Assembly: GCA_937625935.1 (NCBI GenBank)
Contig: OW569350.1
Coordinates: 434,001-498,000 of the forward strand
Origin: Tetramitus jugosus
Taxonomy: Eukaryota > Protista > Heterolobosea
DNA length: 64,000 nucleotides
Direction of reading: 5' to 3'
Position numbers and translations under genes: made by a program. Shown one piece after another: positions 48,027-57,674 of this stretch. The notes beneath the pieces were generated by a model. It had not been told where the DNA came from. It did not search any database and worked only from the letters and a program-made list of their open reading frames with translations. Each line of letters starts with the position of its first letter. Position 1 is the stretch's first letter.

Positions 48027-49409
48027 TTATTCTTCTTCCAATGCTAATCTCTCATCAATCAAAATGTACTCTCGAGTGCTGTGACCAAACTGAATAAGAT
48101 CATTGTTTCTCAGTTCATAGAAGCGACAATCCTCTACTCTCTTGCCATTCAACATGGTACCATTGGTGCTCTTCATATCCATCAAGAATGGTTTGATGAC
48201 ACTCTGTTGTTCAGAATCTTCTCTACTCTTCTTTTGATGTTTCTTATGAGTAGTTGATGATGAACAAAGTCTAAAACAAATGACTGCATGTAGTTTGCTG
48301 CACGATAGATGATCAATGGGTACATCCACAGTGTTTCGATCTCTACCAAACAGGAATGATTTTTGATGAATGAGATGAATGGGCTTTTCAATCTCATTGC
48401 CATCTCTCATGACATAGAGTCTCCATTTTTGACCAGTGGGTATTCTGGACTCTGGTGGATCATTCCACGATGATGTCATCATGTTGTTCTTTGCTTCTTC
48501 TTCTTCTTCAACGTTACCACCACCACCACCATCACCACCAGTGGATGTTTGTTGTTGTTGTTGTTGTTGATAATTGTACAAGAGACCAGATGGTTTATAA
48601 TTGATGTGAACATTTGTATTGTTATCGGTGTTGTTGTTGTTGTTGTTGTTGTTGTGATTGTTATCATCATTATGATTGATTGTGGTGGTTGTGGTTGTGG
48701 TTGAGGATTGTGGTGGTAGTGATGGTGAGGATGATGTTTTCCTTTGCTTGTGTTGACTCGTCACTTCACTTGTTGGCTCATCATTAGGATTATGAGTGTG
48801 AGTCGCAGTCGTACTCGTACTACTTGTTGTTGTTGCTGTTGCATGAGCTTTTGCAGCAGACAACAATTGCTTATTCATTTGTTTTCTCTTCAATTGATTC
48901 TCTAAATCTGCCTTTTCTCTATCTAATGCACTCTCTTGATAAATTTCTGAATAACTTCTCTTGTTACTACTACTACTACTAGTTTTATGTTTGTTACTAC
49001 TACTACTACGACTACTAGTTGCTGTTGTTGTTGTTGTTGTTGTTGGTGAGAATGGATCGATTCGATCAGGTGATAATTCTCGTTTTCTCCATCGTGATTG
49101 ATAGTGAGTTTCTCTATCAGAGATGCGCTTTGATGATGCATCTCGATGATTTTCATGTTGTTGCTGTTGTTGTTCATGTTGTTCCATCCATTTGGCTGCT
49201 TCATCAAAATATTCTCGTGAACCAACAATGTTTGTTCTCCTTGTTTTTGTATTCTTGTCGTTATGGTTGTTATGGTTGTGAGTGGATGATGATGATGACA
49301 ATGTTGGTGGTTGTTGATTGAATTGTTTGAATCCATAAAACTCATCCATTGCTGCATCACGAGTACTCTTGTTGTTGTTGGTGCTTCGATGGTCGCTTCT
49401 TCTCTTCAT
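48027..49409 (-). CDS. SNIP1: FHA-domain protein SNIP1/Pml1/DAWDLE (RES complex)
   Basis: NYKPSGLL; PPESRIP..KWRLYV; FLFGRDR..IDHLSCSKLHAVI; KPFLMDMKSTNGT; DLIQFGHSTREY. Confidence 0.92.
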   Translation of the reverse strand: MKRRSDHRSTNNNKSTRDAAMDEFYGFKQFNQQPPTLSSSSSTHNHNNHNDKNTKTRRTNIVGSREYFDEAAKWMEQHEQQQQQHENHRDASSKRISDRETHYQSRWRKRELSPDRIDPFSPTTTTTTTATSSRSSSSNKHKTSSSSSNKRSYSEIYQESALDREKADLENQLKRKQMNKQLLSAAKAHATATTTSSTSTTATHTHNPNDEPTSEVTSQHKQRKTSSSPSLPPQSSTTTTTTTINHNDDNNHNNNNNNNNTDNNTNVHINYKPSGLLYNYQQQQQQQTSTGGDGGGGGNVEEEEEAKNNMMTSSWNDPPESRIPTGQKWRLYVMRDGNEIEKPIHLIHQKSFLFGRDRNTVDVPIDHLSCSKLHAVICFRLCSSSTTHKKHQKKSREDSEQQSVIKPFLMDMKSTNGTMLNGKRVEDCRFYELRNNDLIQFGHSTREYILIDERLALEEE

Positions 49410-49604
49410 GACTCGCTATTATGTATTGATCTTCGATCGTGGTGTTGGTGTTTTCGTTTTTGTCCAACCGGAGAAAACCGCAAAGGAGCATTCTTCATCG
49501 TTGAACCAGTTCACATTGTATTCCAGACGTTAAAAGGAAGAATGCTCCAACGAACAAGAATGGAAAAAAAGGAAACATGACTACTTGTTCTATTACTTGG
49601 ATCA

Positions 49605-50552
49605 TCATGTGTTAGCCATCAATTGACTGCACAAGTGAATGTACTGAAGTGCCGTGTGACGACTACTGAATCGATCATGGGCAAAGTGATTAAATTCTGA
49701 AAAGTCGACACGTATGGACATGAGATGGTAAATCTTTGGCTTCTGTACAATGTTCAATGATTGATTCATGACTTGAGATGCATGTGTGGCATAGGAACCT
49801 GTCATGATCATGGGTTGACTGGTGGTGGCTGCTGTTGCTGCTGTTCCTGCTGTTCCTGCAGTTGTTGTGGTGGAAGTTGTTGCACCGCTCATGGATGACA
49901 AATGAGGAGGCACAATCAATGAAGCAGCATTCACAGAGGATGACACTGCGGTCAAGCTCTGATCCACAAAACAATTCAAAAACTCTTCAATCAATGGCTT
50001 CTCTGCCTGATAACAGTGCATGGATGCTCCATACTCTATATCAATCACTATTCCTCTCTTCATGTTCATAAAGAACAAACTACCCAATCGAATCACAAAA
50101 TCACCCAGTTGATACATTTCACCCTCCACATAAAACATGTGTCTCTGAGCGTACTTGTTGCTGCTCAGAATAGTTCCAATGAGAATGTCTCTAAATGATG
50201 AATCACATTGTATCATGTCTCTCTTGTAGAAGAGGAATTCTTCTGATGGTGATGATGTAGTTGTTGTTGTTGTTGTTGTGGATGATGATGATGATGATGA
50301 TGGCATTTCTACATTGTACATGTGATCTCCTAATTGTTGTGTGGACAGTGATGGTGGATTGGTAGTTGTTGTTGCTGCTGCTGATGCAGTAGTTGTTAGA
50401 GTGGATCGATAGATTGTAATTCTTGTGCGTTCCCATGGTCCAATGCGCTTGGCATGCAATTGTGTACTGAGGTATTTTCCTACGAGATTCAAGTCATTGG
50501 TTGCATCTAATTGTTTAGTAGCTGGGTAGAACCGATAGTATGGTACTCTCAT
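49605..50552 (-). CDS. MED20: Mediator subunit 20-like
   Basis: VEGEMYQLGDFVIRLG..RGIVIDIEY..LIEEFL; C-terminal HTALQY. Confidence 0.75.
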   Translation of the reverse strand: MRVPYYRFYPATKQLDATNDLNLVGKYLSTQLHAKRIGPWERTRITIYRSTLTTTASAAATTTTNPPSLSTQQLGDHMYNVEMPSSSSSSSTTTTTTTTSSPSEEFLFYKRDMIQCDSSFRDILIGTILSSNKYAQRHMFYVEGEMYQLGDFVIRLGSLFFMNMKRGIVIDIEYGASMHCYQAEKPLIEEFLNCFVDQSLTAVSSSVNAASLIVPPHLSSMSGATTSTTTTAGTAGTAATAATTSQPMIMTGSYATHASQVMNQSLNIVQKPKIYHLMSIRVDFSEFNHFAHDRFSSRHTALQYIHLCSQLMANT

Positions 50553-50711
50553 ATTTGTTTGTTTTGTATGCTTCGTTTGTTGTTGTTGTGTGATCAAGTT
50601 TTTGTGTGTTTTTGGCGCCATGAACTGTCGCAATGGTGGGGCTTGGCGGCAATCTACGAATTTTTCCATCCAACAACGATTGATTGTTCAAGTCACTATT
50701 TTTACATGTAA

Positions 50712-52702
50712 ATGCTTCAAAACAGTTGGAATGATGATATGAAGAGTCGTCGACAAGAAGGGTGGAACTGCTTGAATTTGAGTCAACTAAATGGCAATGG
50801 AATTGATGGCCAAAGTGATGTAATGGTGATGAATCATGGAAGGGCCGATTCTCCTTTGATAGATAATAGAAAATACGATCTGAGTGAAGAGGAGAGAAAT
50901 TTGTTATATCATTATGAACATAATGCAGAGCATGATGATCAAGCGGTAGAGAATGATCTGCAGGACCCGTTTCAAGAGTTCGAAGGAATGCTGGACGAAT
51001 ACCTTTCAATTAAGAAACTAGTATGTCTACTTGTTTCAATATCCAGAAGAAAGAATAGAACTGACTTGCTTCTATTCGATTTTCTAAACTGATAGCAATC
51101 CGCTACTGGAGAGTCTGATTTGTCAAAGGTTGAATATCTTGAGCTAATTGTGAATACAACTGAAAATACCCTTGGGGATTTGGGAGGAAAAGTTCCGAAT
51201 TTGATTCACTTAAGATTGAGCAACAGTACAATTCCCTCCATTAGGTATGTGAGTTTTGTTAATCATGGATTGTGTCATCATTGTATGACCTGATGTTGAC
51301 AGTTTGTATGTTCGAACAGAGATCTCGGAACTAGTATGAGAAATCTTACTGTTTTGTGGATGTCTCGTTGCTCACTCATAGAAATAGAGGGTATTGGTGC
51401 TTTACCAAACTTAAAAGAACTCTATGTACCATTCAATGATATCGATGATATCAGTTCTTTGTCAAGCCTCGAACAATTACAAATTTTGGATCTTGAGGGG
51501 TAAGTAATCAGGTTAGTTGTCCATACCGACGGTGTTACTCACGCATTCATTGTAATAGAAATTCCATAGCTGATTTCGATCAGATGCAGTACTTGGTTGA
51601 CTGTCCCAAACTTCACTCACTAACATTGGAGGGGAATGAAATTGCAATGACTGATCAGTACCGAAGGAGTATTGGTATCGCATTGCCTCAACTTGAGTTT
51701 CTAGATGATGTTCGCTTGAGTGATGAGCATCGAAGTACTCCTAACAGTTCACTATCCCACTCATCCTATTCACCATCCCCATCTTCAACACCGGACAGTA
51801 TGAAGCGAGAGATTGACATGGTGAAGAGCGCGATCAAGTATTCAAGCGTTGCAGAGCTACATCAAGATGAATTGATTGAGGAACCGGTTATTGTTACAGC
51901 CACACCAAGATCAAGGCTCAAATCAAGCTCTATTGACCTCTCTAGAAGGTCAGTGTCAGCTGCAGCTATACTCACGCGTCGTCCCTCTAGTGCTCTGACA
52001 AGGCCCAAGACTGCAGCCTCCTCCTTTATCGCACAGTGTCAAATGAATCGAATCTCAAAAAATGGTGCATGGACAAGCAGGCCAATGACCTCCCGTCTCA
52101 ACACGAGTCGGCCTAGGACAACATCACAAGACGGTAGACCTGGTTCAAGTATGGGACCATTTTACAACCAGAACTTATCAGATGAAGAAGAAAGAACAGA
52201 CTCAAGCAGTTCTCTGACTTATGGATCCAAGGAAGTCATTTGTGGGAATCCAGTAAAAGGATTGCGCAAACGGAGGAAAGATGCAGGAGAAGATGAACTA
52301 TTGATCACAGATCCCAAAAAGCTGACAATTGATCCCAATTACGGATCCATGGATGACATATTGGAAGAGATTAGAGCTGAAAAGAAGAGACAGATGGAAT
52401 CACTAGAATGGGATCCTTCATGGATGAGCGACAGCAGTGATGACGATTTTGATAGCAATGAAAAAGAGGTGACGAGTCAGGATAGAAGTACTGCAAAGAT
52501 TACAGAAGCAAAGACAGAGGCGATTCGACGATTGAATGATCACCTTTATGTTCCCAGCGACACAAACCGGCGCGACTCAGCAACACACCACACGACATCA
52601 AAAAATGATGATAACACGGATCATCACATCATTTCAGCAAGAGCCATACCGCCAGGTAGACTGAGACCTGTGCGCAAAAACTCACTTGTATTCACCAGCT
52701 GA
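50712..52702 (+). CDS. LRRC56: LRRC56/ODA8 leucine-rich repeat dynein assembly factor; introns about 51021-51095, 51245-51319 and 51500-51557
   Basis: Spliced: EYLSIKKL..VPNLIHLRLSNSTIPSIRDLGTSMRNLTVLWMSRC..LKELY..LDLEGN..CPKLHSLTLEGN; C-terminal SSLTYG..ICGNPVKGLRKRR. Confidence 0.88.
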
Positions 52703-52986
52703 CCTGGCCTGCTGACACCAAGGAGTTTTTTGTGATCATAAATTTGGGTGATTTCTTGCCCTAAAATGCAATTCGGGTCAACCCAATTTACAAACAAGAA
52801 ACTTCAATATAGCAGTTTTTTTGCGATTGTCCCGCCGCATGGAAATGCCAGTGGTGATCGTCACCCATGCAGCGGCTGGTAGGGGAAAAAAAGCTCCAAG
52901 GGCGCACATCAACACACTGAAAAAAAATCAGAAAAAAAACACTTTCACGTTGAACAGCAACAACAACAATAATAAACAATAAAACA

Positions 52987-53943
52987 ATGAGCACACTGTT
53001 GAATAAAATCTTTGGTACATTGGACGTGGAGAGCAAGGACGTCTTCAAGCAATTGCGTGAGCTCCATGACAATCAATTCCTCAAGGTCAGTCAACCAGCA
53101 TCCGATGAGGTGATTGGTGCCCAAATTGCCACTGATGCACTTGTGGATGCTTCTCTGTCAAAGAACACGATTCAAGTCATGGACAAGGTTGAGTTCTCAT
53201 CCATCATCCCAGCCCACGTCTCCGACTTTTCCATTGACAAGGAATACAATGTCATTTGTAAAATTGACTCTGTTCATCAGACATTGGTCAACAAGGGTGT
53301 TGATTTCTCCAACATTAAGAACACATTGGATGTGTTGAGCGCAGATTTGTACAGCACTGAGAACACTGCAGAGAACAGTCTGTGGGGTTCCATTGCAAAG
53401 GAACACAACTTGCCTCACATTCGATCCGTCACTGCTGGTATCCATCCAGAGATTTATCACACGTTTGCTGGTTACAAGAATTGCAAGTTTGGAGGTATGG
53501 GTGATGCTCATTTGTACCCTACTGATTTCTTCAACAAGTGGATCGAATCTGGTTCCATTATCCAATATCCAAAGCAAACTGGTGGTCATGTTCCACGTGA
53601 GATTATGTATGGCAAGGAAGTGGGTCAACGTGTCGACAAGGCCATGTTCAACTACCATCTCAAGCACAATAAGCTTGTCACTGGCAAGTATGGTGGAAAG
53701 TTGTCTGGTGCTCTCTATGTCTTCTTTGCTGTTGGTATCATTCTCGGCAGATATGAGATTGTCAATTGGAGAGAAGAACAACGTCAGCGCTTAAAGTACG
53801 GATTGAGAGTTCTTGATGAACAATCTAATCTCACCACTACTCAAGAAGAAGTGCGTGAACAACATGCCAAGTGGCTCCAAGAGTACTATGAAGACGATGA
53901 GGAGGAGGAAGAAGAAGAGTCTGAAGAAGAAGACGAAGAATAA
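52987..53943 (+). CDS. Hypothetical single-TM protein with highly-expressed-type codon usage; possibly a mitochondrial ATP synthase or respiratory subunit
   Basis: 318-aa ORF with one TM near the C-terminus, an acidic tail and AATAAA overlapping the stop. Confidence 0.8.
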   Translation: MSTLLNKIFGTLDVESKDVFKQLRELHDNQFLKVSQPASDEVIGAQIATDALVDASLSKNTIQVMDKVEFSSIIPAHVSDFSIDKEYNVICKIDSVHQTLVNKGVDFSNIKNTLDVLSADLYSTENTAENSLWGSIAKEHNLPHIRSVTAGIHPEIYHTFAGYKNCKFGGMGDAHLYPTDFFNKWIESGSIIQYPKQTGGHVPREIMYGKEVGQRVDKAMFNYHLKHNKLVTGKYGGKLSGALYVFFAVGIILGRYEIVNWREEQRQRLKYGLRVLDEQSNLTTTQEEVREQHAKWLQEYYEDDEEEEEEESEEEDEE

Positions 53944-54914
53944 ACGCACAACTACTACTACTATGATTACGCATTCTTTACTACGGTGATGGTGATGATG
54001 ATGGTACGATGATGACAAACGAACAACAACTCTTGCTCCTTTCTCTCGCATAGGATTGAGAGCATACATATTTGGGGGTCAATGAAGCCTGCTTATGCAA
54101 ATAAACAAAAAGTAACAAAAGTTCATGTCCCAAGGGCAGCCCAACCGATTCGCTGTTCGAGACTGTGTCCATCGATCGTACGGACGTATCCATGAACCCA
54201 TTTCCTGTGGCGGTATCGTGTGGATTGTTTCGCCAAGTAATTTCCAAGGGGTTGCTTCAGACCCACCTCAACACGAAGCGATCGAAAAATCTGTTGATTT
54301 AAAGCCGACAACCAGAACTGGAAACAAATAGGGACATGTAAGTGTCTAAAGCTAATTACAACAAAGATACAAAAATTACACAATATTATTTAAATGAATG
54401 ACAAGAATGAAATTTAAGTTTTAGATGAATACCATCTGACATTATATTGAGAAATATATTCTCTTCTATGGGAATAATATTATAAGCTGTTTTCTTGATG
54501 CTTATTTTAAACCTCACTTAGGTTTTATGCCACATTATTGTGTTTGTGAAGGTTTTGTGGCATGACTTTCATCCCATGGTCGTACGTAGATCCATAAAAC
54601 TCATTACCCCAAAAAGCACCATTCAGGAAGACTGCGACTGTCACTAAATGTATGAAGTCAAGTTAATGGGAAAATGCTGGATTTATCCTTACATATCCAA
54701 TTAAAGCTACTTCCTTGTCCTCTATCACTATACCCCACATCATTTAGAAAGTAACTATGTATGGAAAGATGAAAAAGGGTTTCCATAATCATCGAACCCC
54801 CCATCACATAAGTTGTCACAAGAAAGAGGAAAATTCAGTTCCTTCCATTCATTGAACCATTTGATATTTCTGGGTCAACCTCTATATCAATCCAAAGAAA
54901 CAATTAACAAGAAA

Positions 54915-56107
54915 ATGAGATCTCTATTCTTTGCCATAATCTGCCTTTTTCCTCTCCTTTGGATCAGTTTTGTGCGTGCACATGGCAATTGTACAGAACC
55001 GGTGGTTCAGGTCGTAGGGGACAAGCTGGATACCGAGCAGCCAATGTTGCGAGTGATATTGCTGTAGCTTATGTCACTTGCGAGGGTCTATCCTGTAGCC
55101 TTCTTGTTTCTGCTTTGGGTGTAGGAGAGAATGTAAGCAGAACGACTGAGGTAGATAGAACGACCAGTTATGGAGGATCGTTTTGGTTCGATATTGTTGG
55201 ACAAGGTGAGACCTTTGCTTTGGTTTACTACGAAACAAAGAATGGAGGTCGTACAGCTGCTATGAAGGGAGTAATACTGTCAATGAACCTTATGGTATTG
55301 AAGAAGTTTACTGTTGCTACACTCCCAGCGGACCAAACTTTTGCTGAACGCAGTCGAAGTATTGCCAAAGTGGGAGACCGATTTGTTGTCTCTTGGGCGA
55401 ATGAATATGAGAATGACAATCACTTTTCCATCTATTCATCCGATGGCAAGTTGGTTAAAGGCCCCATAACAATGTTTGGTAAAGGTCCCTGTGATGTGTT
55501 TGGCGTGAACAAGAACAGATTTATCATGTCATGTCCTATCGGTGAGGCAATGAAAGGATACATTTACTCGATTGATGGTGCTGCCTTGGTCACAATCACG
55601 ATCCCCCAATCTAATTTCTTTATCTCTTACATGATTGCAAAACATGAGAGCGGATTTGTAGTCACTTGGTCTGATCTTGTGGGTACCACAGACTTTGGTT
55701 ATGTGCAACAGTTTGATTTTGATGGCAAGGAAAAAGGGTCAAAGCAAGTGATATCAGAAGATGCCAACCAAATACACTCTTTTCCAGTTTCTTCATCATC
55801 TGTGGTGTTTGCAATCGAAGAGTCCTCATACCCCTGGGCTCTACGCCTCAGAGGATTCTGCAACAATGAACTGAAAGAAACAATTGGAATTGCTCAAGCA
55901 GCAGCAAAAGTGATGCACATCTTCGACCCATACCAGAACGGCTCATTAGTGTTGCTTTATCGAAGACAGGACACCTTCTATGGGCAAAGATTGCAAGTCG
56001 AACACCCCAAGGCGGAAGTCTCCAGTGCTTCATCATCATGCCACAGTCTGACTACTCGTGTTTGTTTCGGGCTGTTGATGTGTGCTTTGGTGTTCATTTT
56101 GTTTTAA
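54915..56107 (+). pseudogene. Secreted, GPI-anchored beta-rich surface protein with an apparent frameshift near 55045-55065
   Basis: The signal-peptide frame MRSLFFAIICLFPLLWISFVRA stops at 55067. The body (FVVSW, FVVTW repeats) and the GPI-like tail VSSASS..CFGLLMCALVFILF are in another frame. Confidence 0.55.
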
Positions 56108-56255
56108 CTTGTCAATTGAGGTGTATCAATAATAAAGTCACACACATACACACACACAGCATGTTACGGACTTTGTTCAATGTTGTTATTCTCCTCATTT
56201 ATAGACATACATATGTATGAATGAAAACACATCTCTAAAACGTGAATAAACTTTC

Positions 56256-57572
56256 TTAGTAGTTGTTGGGTGGAGAATGGATCTTCCAATGGTCACTCAA
56301 GTCCACATAAATGATGAAGCGAGAGACGGGGCACCAGTTGACTCTGAACTGTCGTTCATCATAACCCGCTCTGAGCAAATAACTTGTCCATTCGTCTTGT
56401 GTAAATGATCTGCGAATGGACATGAGACCATCGTGGCGTGTCAACCGATTCTTGAACATGGGAAACATCAACAGTTGATAAGCAATGACTGCAATAGTGT
56501 CTCTCTCTAGATCGTTGATGACAATGGCTCGGCGTGCCACTTGTCCTGCCTTGCGCAAAAAGTACACAATGTCCTCATCGGTCGGTATGTGATGAGTCAT
56601 GAGAGAGCATGTGACCACATCGTATGACTTGTCTGGTTCATTCAGTTCCACTTGTTCTGTTCTCTTGAATGATATGGAGGGGCAACAGGAGTTGTCAACA
56701 GAATGTGATGATGATATAGATGATGCTTGTTCATTGGCCAATTCAATGGCAATCTCACTCATGTCAATACCACATATCACCACTTGTTTAGATGATTGAG
56801 ATGATTCTTGTTCTTGTTCTTGTTCTTGTTCTTGTTCTTGTTGTTGCGGCAGTAGAGAACAACAACACCAGTGATACAATTGAATACACAGTGTTCCATT
56901 GCCACATCCGACATCCAATATGGACTGTGGTGGATGATTGTTGTTCAATTGCATGAATCGACCCAATCCCAACAATGGTGAATGAATGTGACTGTAGAAT
57001 GCACCAGTGAGCATGGACAGTGTATTCATATCCTCTAGATTCTCTCTGTACTCTTCAATTGAGTCATATGAATGCGTATCAATCAACTCTTGTACCCCTG
57101 TTAATCTCTTGCGATTATTGTATGGATGATTGTTGTTGTTGTTGTAGTAGTAGTAGTAGTAGTAGAGGAATAGAGTGACAATAGAGAGAACAATAACAGT
57201 TGTAACAATGGTTGTGATGAATGTGTTGTTGTTGTTGTTGTTGACGAGTGTGGCAATCATGATCCACACTGCACCTACTACACACTTGCCCATCCATGTC
57301 AATCGTATCCATCGCATAAACAACTTGGTGTACAAATAACAGTAATACAATTGTTCTCTGAATATGAGCAGTACATGGGGGATCAATGATATGTATGATG
57401 ATGATAATGATGATGACGATGATGATGATTGTTGTTGTTGATGATGTTGTGCAAAGAGAAATGACAATTGTTGAATGACGAATCGAATGGTGAACAACAC
57501 ATTCAATACAATGAGAGCAATGAGTGAGGTGATGATGAGCACATAACTTGTATGTACGATCGTACTTGTCAT
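56256..57572 (-). CDS. Class I SAM-dependent methyltransferase with N-terminal TM segments
   Basis: ILDVGCGNG; GIDMS; YDVVTCSLMTHH; ARRAIVINDLER; RHDGLMSIRRSFT. Confidence 0.88.
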   Translation of the reverse strand: MTSTIVHTSYVLIITSLIALIVLNVLFTIRFVIQQLSFLFAQHHQQQQSSSSSSSLSSSYISLIPHVLLIFREQLYYCYLYTKLFMRWIRLTWMGKCVVGAVWIMIATLVNNNNNNTFITTIVTTVIVLSIVTLFLYYYYYYYNNNNNHPYNNRKRLTGVQELIDTHSYDSIEEYRENLEDMNTLSMLTGAFYSHIHSPLLGLGRFMQLNNNHPPQSILDVGCGNGTLCIQLYHWCCCSLLPQQQEQEQEQEQEQESSQSSKQVVICGIDMSEIAIELANEQASSISSSHSVDNSCCPSISFKRTEQVELNEPDKSYDVVTCSLMTHHIPTDEDIVYFLRKAGQVARRAIVINDLERDTIAVIAYQLLMFPMFKNRLTRHDGLMSIRRSFTQDEWTSYLLRAGYDERQFRVNWCPVSRFIIYVDLSDHWKIHSPPNNY

Positions 57573-57674
57573 CCTCTGTGTTTGTGATCTTGTTTTTTTT
57601 GTTGTTGTTGTTGTTTGAAATGGGATTTTGGATTTCACACAGGGGAGAGATTTATTGGATCATAGAGAAACTCC

